DNA of 20,000 nt from Syntrophales bacterium (GTDB taxonomy: Bacteria > Desulfobacterota > Syntrophia > Syntrophales > UBA4778). Under the pieces are notes generated by a model. That model made no database searches, was not told where the DNA came from, and worked only from the letters and a program-made list of their open reading frames with translations. The DNA lies in the NCBI GenBank assembly GCA_963665615.2, contig CAXXQE010000008.1:919260-939259 (forward strand), read 5' to 3'. Shown one piece after another: positions 16,402-20,000 of the stretch (within the stretch, counting starts at the first letter, position 1; every line of letters begins with the position of its first letter). The translations under genes were made by a program, and so were the position numbers.

Positions 16402-16725
16402 ATGGCTAAAGTTAAATCGGAATTGAAAGGAACAGCCACCGCTGCAAAGGTGAAGAAAGTCGCCGCGAAACCAGCAAAACCTGCGGCCGCAAAGAAAGCC
16501 GCTCCGAAGAAGGCGGCGGTAAAGAAAGCGGCTCCGAAGAAAGCAGTTGCAAAGAAAGTCGCCCCGAAGAAAGCAGTTGCAAAGAAGGCGGCCCCGAAGA
16601 AAGCAGTTGCAAAGAAAGTCGCCCCGAAGAAAGCAGTTGCAAAGAAGGCGGCCCCGAAGAAAGCAGTTGCAAAGAAGGCGGCCCCGAAGAAAGCAGTTGT
16701 AAAGAAAGCGGCGGCAAAGAAGTAG
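16402..16725 (+). CDS. Histone H1-like (Hc2-type) Lys/Ala/Pro-rich nucleoid protein
   Basis: SD AGGAGG then ATG 16402; 107 aa made mostly of KKAAP/KKAVA/KKVAP pentapeptides; followed by a terminator. Confidence 0.85.
   Translation: MAKVKSELKGTATAAKVKKVAAKPAKPAAAKKAAPKKAAVKKAAPKKAVAKKVAPKKAVAKKAAPKKAVAKKVAPKKAVAKKAAPKKAVAKKAAPKKAVVKKAAAKK
16501..16710 (+). repeat. Coding tandem repeat, 7 x 30 bp
   Basis: Unit GCCCCGAAGAAAGCAGTTGCAAAGAA(AGTC/GGCG): six near-identical copies (16531-16710) plus one diverged copy (16501-16530). Confidence 0.95.
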
Positions 16726-16791
16726 CACGACGACGCCCTGAGATCGATTGCCTGATCGCGTTGCTCTGTTCAGGAATGTCTTGGGGAAGCG

Positions 16792-16830
16792 ATAAAAAAG
16801 GAGTCCCGAACAGTGGGGCTCTTTTTTTAT
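16792..16830. terminator. Bidirectional intrinsic terminator
   Basis: ATAAAAAAG-GAGTCCC-loop-GGGGCTC-TTTTTTTAT between convergent genes. Confidence 0.8.
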
Positions 16831-17192
16831 GCCTTGATGTGGAGGAGTTCGCCCGTCATTTCCTCCTCGGTTTGGACCACCTTGAGGTTGGCTTCATAGT
16901 GATAAGGGGTCGTCAACAGATCGGCCAGCTCCGTTGCGAGATCGACGTTGGAGGATTCCGTGGGCGCTGCGCTATCTGATGTGCTGCCGTGGATGGCATC
17001 GGGTAGAAGGACGCCAGGTGTATTGACCTGCGTGATGGAGACCTTGACGCCCTCAGGGTAGGCCTCTTGCATATCCGCGCGACTTTTCTTAAACCCGTTG
17101 GTATCAACATTGGCCACGTTGTTGGCCGTCACGTCGAGTTTTTTGTCAAAGGCCCTGAGGGCCGTTAGAGCAATGTTCATGGCGATGGACAT
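16827..17192 (-). CDS. Short flagellar basal-body rod family protein (Flg_bb_rod + Flg_bbr_C only)
   Basis: N-terminal LDVTANNVANVDTNGFKK and C-terminal SNVDLATEL...YEANLKVVQT..EMTGELL motifs; SD GGAGG. Confidence 0.85.
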   Translation of the reverse strand: MSIAMNIALTALRAFDKKLDVTANNVANVDTNGFKKSRADMQEAYPEGVKVSITQVNTPGVLLPDAIHGSTSDSAAPTESSNVDLATELADLLTTPYHYEANLKVVQTEEEMTGELLHIKA

Positions 17193-17272
17193 GATGCTTT
17201 TCTCCTCCCGTCATCTCTATAAACAGACGCATTTTTCTATCGGCATTTTGACCTTCAAACTTGAGGCAAGCG

Positions 17273-17585
17273 ATTACGGCGCGTTTTGACCGCATCCTCC
17301 GTAAGGAGGACGCGGTGGCTTGAATGGACGGCGAAAAATTCATGTCGATCCTGTGGCTCACCGTGATGATGCTGCGGTCGTGACATAGAAGATGCTAGCA
17401 AGGTGAGCAACCCCTTTGACATCGAACAGCAGCAGGTGGAGGTTGGGGCCAGTATCGGGATTGCGCTTTGCGCCGATCACGTCAAAGAGGTCGGGACGCT
17501 TATGAAGCATCTGGATGCGGCCAAACAGAGCCGATGTTGCCGCGGCCGCAATCAATACAAATTCTCTGTCGCAGAGCTTGCCTGA
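17273..17585 (+). pseudogene. Decayed diguanylate cyclase (GGDEF) remnant
   Basis: Pieces across three frames: ITARFDRILRKEDAVA*MDGEKFMSIL / AHRDDAAVVT*KML / VSNPFDIEQQQVEVGASIGIAL...GRNQYKF. These are collinear with the GGDEF consensus. Confidence 0.8.
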
Positions 17586-17596
17586 ACCTGACGCAG

Positions 17597-19999
17597 TCAG
17601 GCCATTTTCTCGATGTCCCCGTATCGTTCCTCCAGGCGTTTCGGTGAGACCGGCCTTGTCGTCTTGATCCCCTGTGCAAAGACTGCAATCTGATATTCTT
17701 CTACCATCCAGCGAAAATCTTCGATAGCTTTCTTTTTCTCTTCGGAGGTACCTGCCGTAATTTCCGCCAGCAGTTGAGAAACCTGCTTTTCATAAAGACT
17801 TATTCCCGCGGCCTTTTCGCGATCCTTTCCGATATGCAGCAAGCCCTTTTCGATGCGGATTTCCAACGCCCTTAGATAGCGCGGAATCTGCTCAAGACGC
17901 TGTGAATCATAGGCGACAATAAAATCCTGAGGAACCAGGCTATTCAAACGGGCCATCATTTCAGCAAGAAACGACAGGGTTGTCTTGTTGTTCCGATGGA
18001 GGTTTTCCAGATTTCGTATGATCTCGCGGGTTTTTGCATACGCTTTGAGAATGGGTGATGCCTCGCTGGTGGTCTTCAACGCCAATGCAAGAATGTTTCC
18101 GGATGCCGCTTCTATGGCCTTTTGAAAAGCGCTTGATGTCCGCATGGGATAGGGGATGAGGAGGCACAACGTTCGTTCCAGGATGGCCTCTTGAACCTTC
18201 CGGTCACCGCCAAAGTAGGCCGTTTCCGGCCCGATTTGTTTTTTGAGCGGATGCTGCTTCTGGATATATTTGAAGTCCCTGTTGAAGTGGCGTGCGAAGA
18301 GGATTCGAACACCGCGCAGATGCGCGTTTTGTGCCTTGTGATAATCCTGAAAAAGTCGCAAAGAAACTGAGGAGGGTTCTTCAGCGCCGATAGCGCTGGG
18401 TTCGGTGACGACAAGTGCGGGGTAGACCAGCCCTTCCACGCCGTGTCCACTTTCCAGAATGATCTCCTGAGGCAGATCCCCGAAGTTCCACGTGGTGACC
18501 TCATGCCTTTCCCAAATCGCTTTTGCTTTTTCCAAGGCGTTCGACGTGATTTCTCTGGGAGCGGCGTCTTGGAGCGCTTTTAGATCGCGACCCGAGCCGA
18601 TTTCGCGTCCCTTGTCGCCCATAATGGAAAAGCGCATCTTCAGGTATTCCGGCAGAGCATCCAGCGGCCAAGCCGCCGCTGGGATGTGGATACCGAAACG
18701 CCGCGAAATGAAGGTCGACAGGGCGACGGCGAGCGGGACAGGTTCGCGCGGCATCTCACGCAGGATGGTATCGACCGTTGTTGAGACAGGTAAGAGCCGT
18801 TTGCGAAATTCTTTGGGAAGGGCTTTGAGGAGAAACGTGATTTTTTCTTTCTGAAGCCCTGGTATGAGCCAGTCAGTCGTTGCCGTCGAGACCATTCCGA
18901 TCAGCCCATGCGGGATTCTGGCGGTAACGCCATCATTGGCAGCGCCGGGATTGAAATGGTATTCTAGCGAAAGCGACAGCCTGTCCAAGGCCAAGTGGTC
19001 GGGAAAAGGCGCAAGAACCTCCGGGGCGAGGTCCTTGCGCAGAAGATTCTCTTGGCGAAGCAGGAGGAAATCGTCTCCGCCCCGCTCCCGGATCCGCCGC
19101 TGAAGTGTGCGGATATCAAAGACGCCGGGAAGGCGCTCGGCATAAAAGGAAAAGAGAACCCCATCCTCCACGAGCAGATCCCGACATCTCAACTTGTCCT
19201 CCATGACCTCAATCGACGCGATCAATACGCGGTTCTTATCCAGAAAGCGCAGCCGTTGGTTCATGTCGCCATCGACCAAGGCGCATCGTATGAAGATGCG
19301 CGCCGCCTCGTCGGCATCGATGCGCCCGTATGAGACGCTTCGACGTGCAACGATGATGAGACCGAAGAGACTGACCTGCTCGAAGGCAACAACTTCGCCT
19401 CGCTTCTTTTCCCAGTGCGGATCGGAGTAAGTATAACGGCAGAGGCCGCTCGCGAGGGGTTCGATCCATTCGGGGTCGATCTTCGCAGCGATGCGGGCAA
19501 AGGAGCGCGTGGTTTCAACGATCTCCGCGGCGACGATCCATGGCGGACCTTTTTTGAAAAGCCCTGAGCCCGGGAAAATCATAACCTCCCGGTTTCGGGC
19601 CGCCGTGTACATATTCTTTTCCTTACGCATCGCGATGTTGGACAGATACCCACAGAGGATGGCCTTGTGGATTTGTTGGTAGGAGGCTTCTCCGGTGCGC
19701 GTGTTTTTTTCGCCGGAATCTTTTAGGATTGTCAGAAGCTGCTGATGGACGTCGAACCACTCCCGCATCCTCCGGAAGGAGAGAAAATGCGCCTTACAGA
19801 ATTTACGCATCCGGTTCTGGGATGCGGCATGCTGCCTGTGTTCGTGGTAGCGCTTCCAGATATTGAGGAAGGTCTGAAAATCCGATGCGGGGTCCTGGAA
19901 GGGCGCATGTGCTTGCTGGGCCGCCTCCTGTTGGTCGAGCGGCCATTCCCGTGGGTCCTGAACGCTCAGAGCGGCTGCAATGATCGCAACCTCATCCAG
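17597..19999 (-). CDS. hrpA: ATP-dependent RNA helicase HrpA, C-terminal part (5' end outside the window)
   Basis: Frame is open to the window edge: IIAAALSVQDPRE, SDF..FLNIW, FLSFRRMREW, IFPGSGL, AEIVETT, IDPEWIE, DGVT and RWMVEE. Confidence 0.93.
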   Translation of the reverse strand: MDEVAIIAAALSVQDPREWPLDQQEAAQQAHAPFQDPASDFQTFLNIWKRYHEHRQHAASQNRMRKFCKAHFLSFRRMREWFDVHQQLLTILKDSGEKNTRTGEASYQQIHKAILCGYLSNIAMRKEKNMYTAARNREVMIFPGSGLFKKGPPWIVAAEIVETTRSFARIAAKIDPEWIEPLASGLCRYTYSDPHWEKKRGEVVAFEQVSLFGLIIVARRSVSYGRIDADEAARIFIRCALVDGDMNQRLRFLDKNRVLIASIEVMEDKLRCRDLLVEDGVLFSFYAERLPGVFDIRTLQRRIRERGGDDFLLLRQENLLRKDLAPEVLAPFPDHLALDRLSLSLEYHFNPGAANDGVTARIPHGLIGMVSTATTDWLIPGLQKEKITFLLKALPKEFRKRLLPVSTTVDTILREMPREPVPLAVALSTFISRRFGIHIPAAAWPLDALPEYLKMRFSIMGDKGREIGSGRDLKALQDAAPREITSNALEKAKAIWERHEVTTWNFGDLPQEIILESGHGVEGLVYPALVVTEPSAIGAEEPSSVSLRLFQDYHKAQNAHLRGVRILFARHFNRDFKYIQKQHPLKKQIGPETAYFGGDRKVQEAILERTLCLLIPYPMRTSSAFQKAIEAASGNILALALKTTSEASPILKAYAKTREIIRNLENLHRNNKTTLSFLAEMMARLNSLVPQDFIVAYDSQRLEQIPRYLRALEIRIEKGLLHIGKDREKAAGISLYEKQVSQLLAEITAGTSEEKKKAIEDFRWMVEEYQIAVFAQGIKTTRPVSPKRLEERYGDIEKMA

Positions 20000-20000
20000 A

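Noticed and set aside
16501..16710. 30-bp direct repeats as a CRISPR array
   Set aside because: Repeats are head-to-tail with no spacers, lie in frame within a coding sequence, and no cas genes are present.
16384..16728. Cys-rich repetitive antisense ORFs (LCNCFLRG repeats)
   Set aside because: Reverse-complement translation of the histone-like repeat; the + strand gene has the SD and terminator.

Overview
Mostly minus-strand core chromosome of an anaerobic Gram-negative bacterium. Gene content and order suggest a Syntrophales-like deltaproteobacterium (Desulfobacterota); this is an inference. In order: partial DUF4390-type exported protein, lpxC, queH, ruvB-ruvA-ruvC, yebC, a divergent orphan HEPN-like protein, an acyl-CoA thioesterase, bacteriohemerythrin, a PabB-PabC fusion, a frameshifted single-domain response regulator, a five-PAS hybrid histidine kinase, ferredoxin, 3-hydroxybutyryl-CoA dehydrogenase, a LEA_2/WHy lipoprotein, an SGNH hydrolase, a histone H1-like repeat protein, a short orphan flagellar-rod-type protein, a decayed GGDEF gene and the 3' part of hrpA. 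No CRISPR array, tRNA/rRNA or transposase was seen. Signals beyond routine annotation: a complete sigma54 promoter with IHF site and palindromic enhancer upstream of lpxC; a 158-bp MITE-like palindromic element that supplies the queH stop codon; a stand-alone RxxxxH HEPN-like protein with a clamp-binding-like tail; two small ORFs with strong ribosome-binding sites; and two broken signalling genes. I found no clear-cut large novel system. The HEPN-like gene is the best candidate for new biology.
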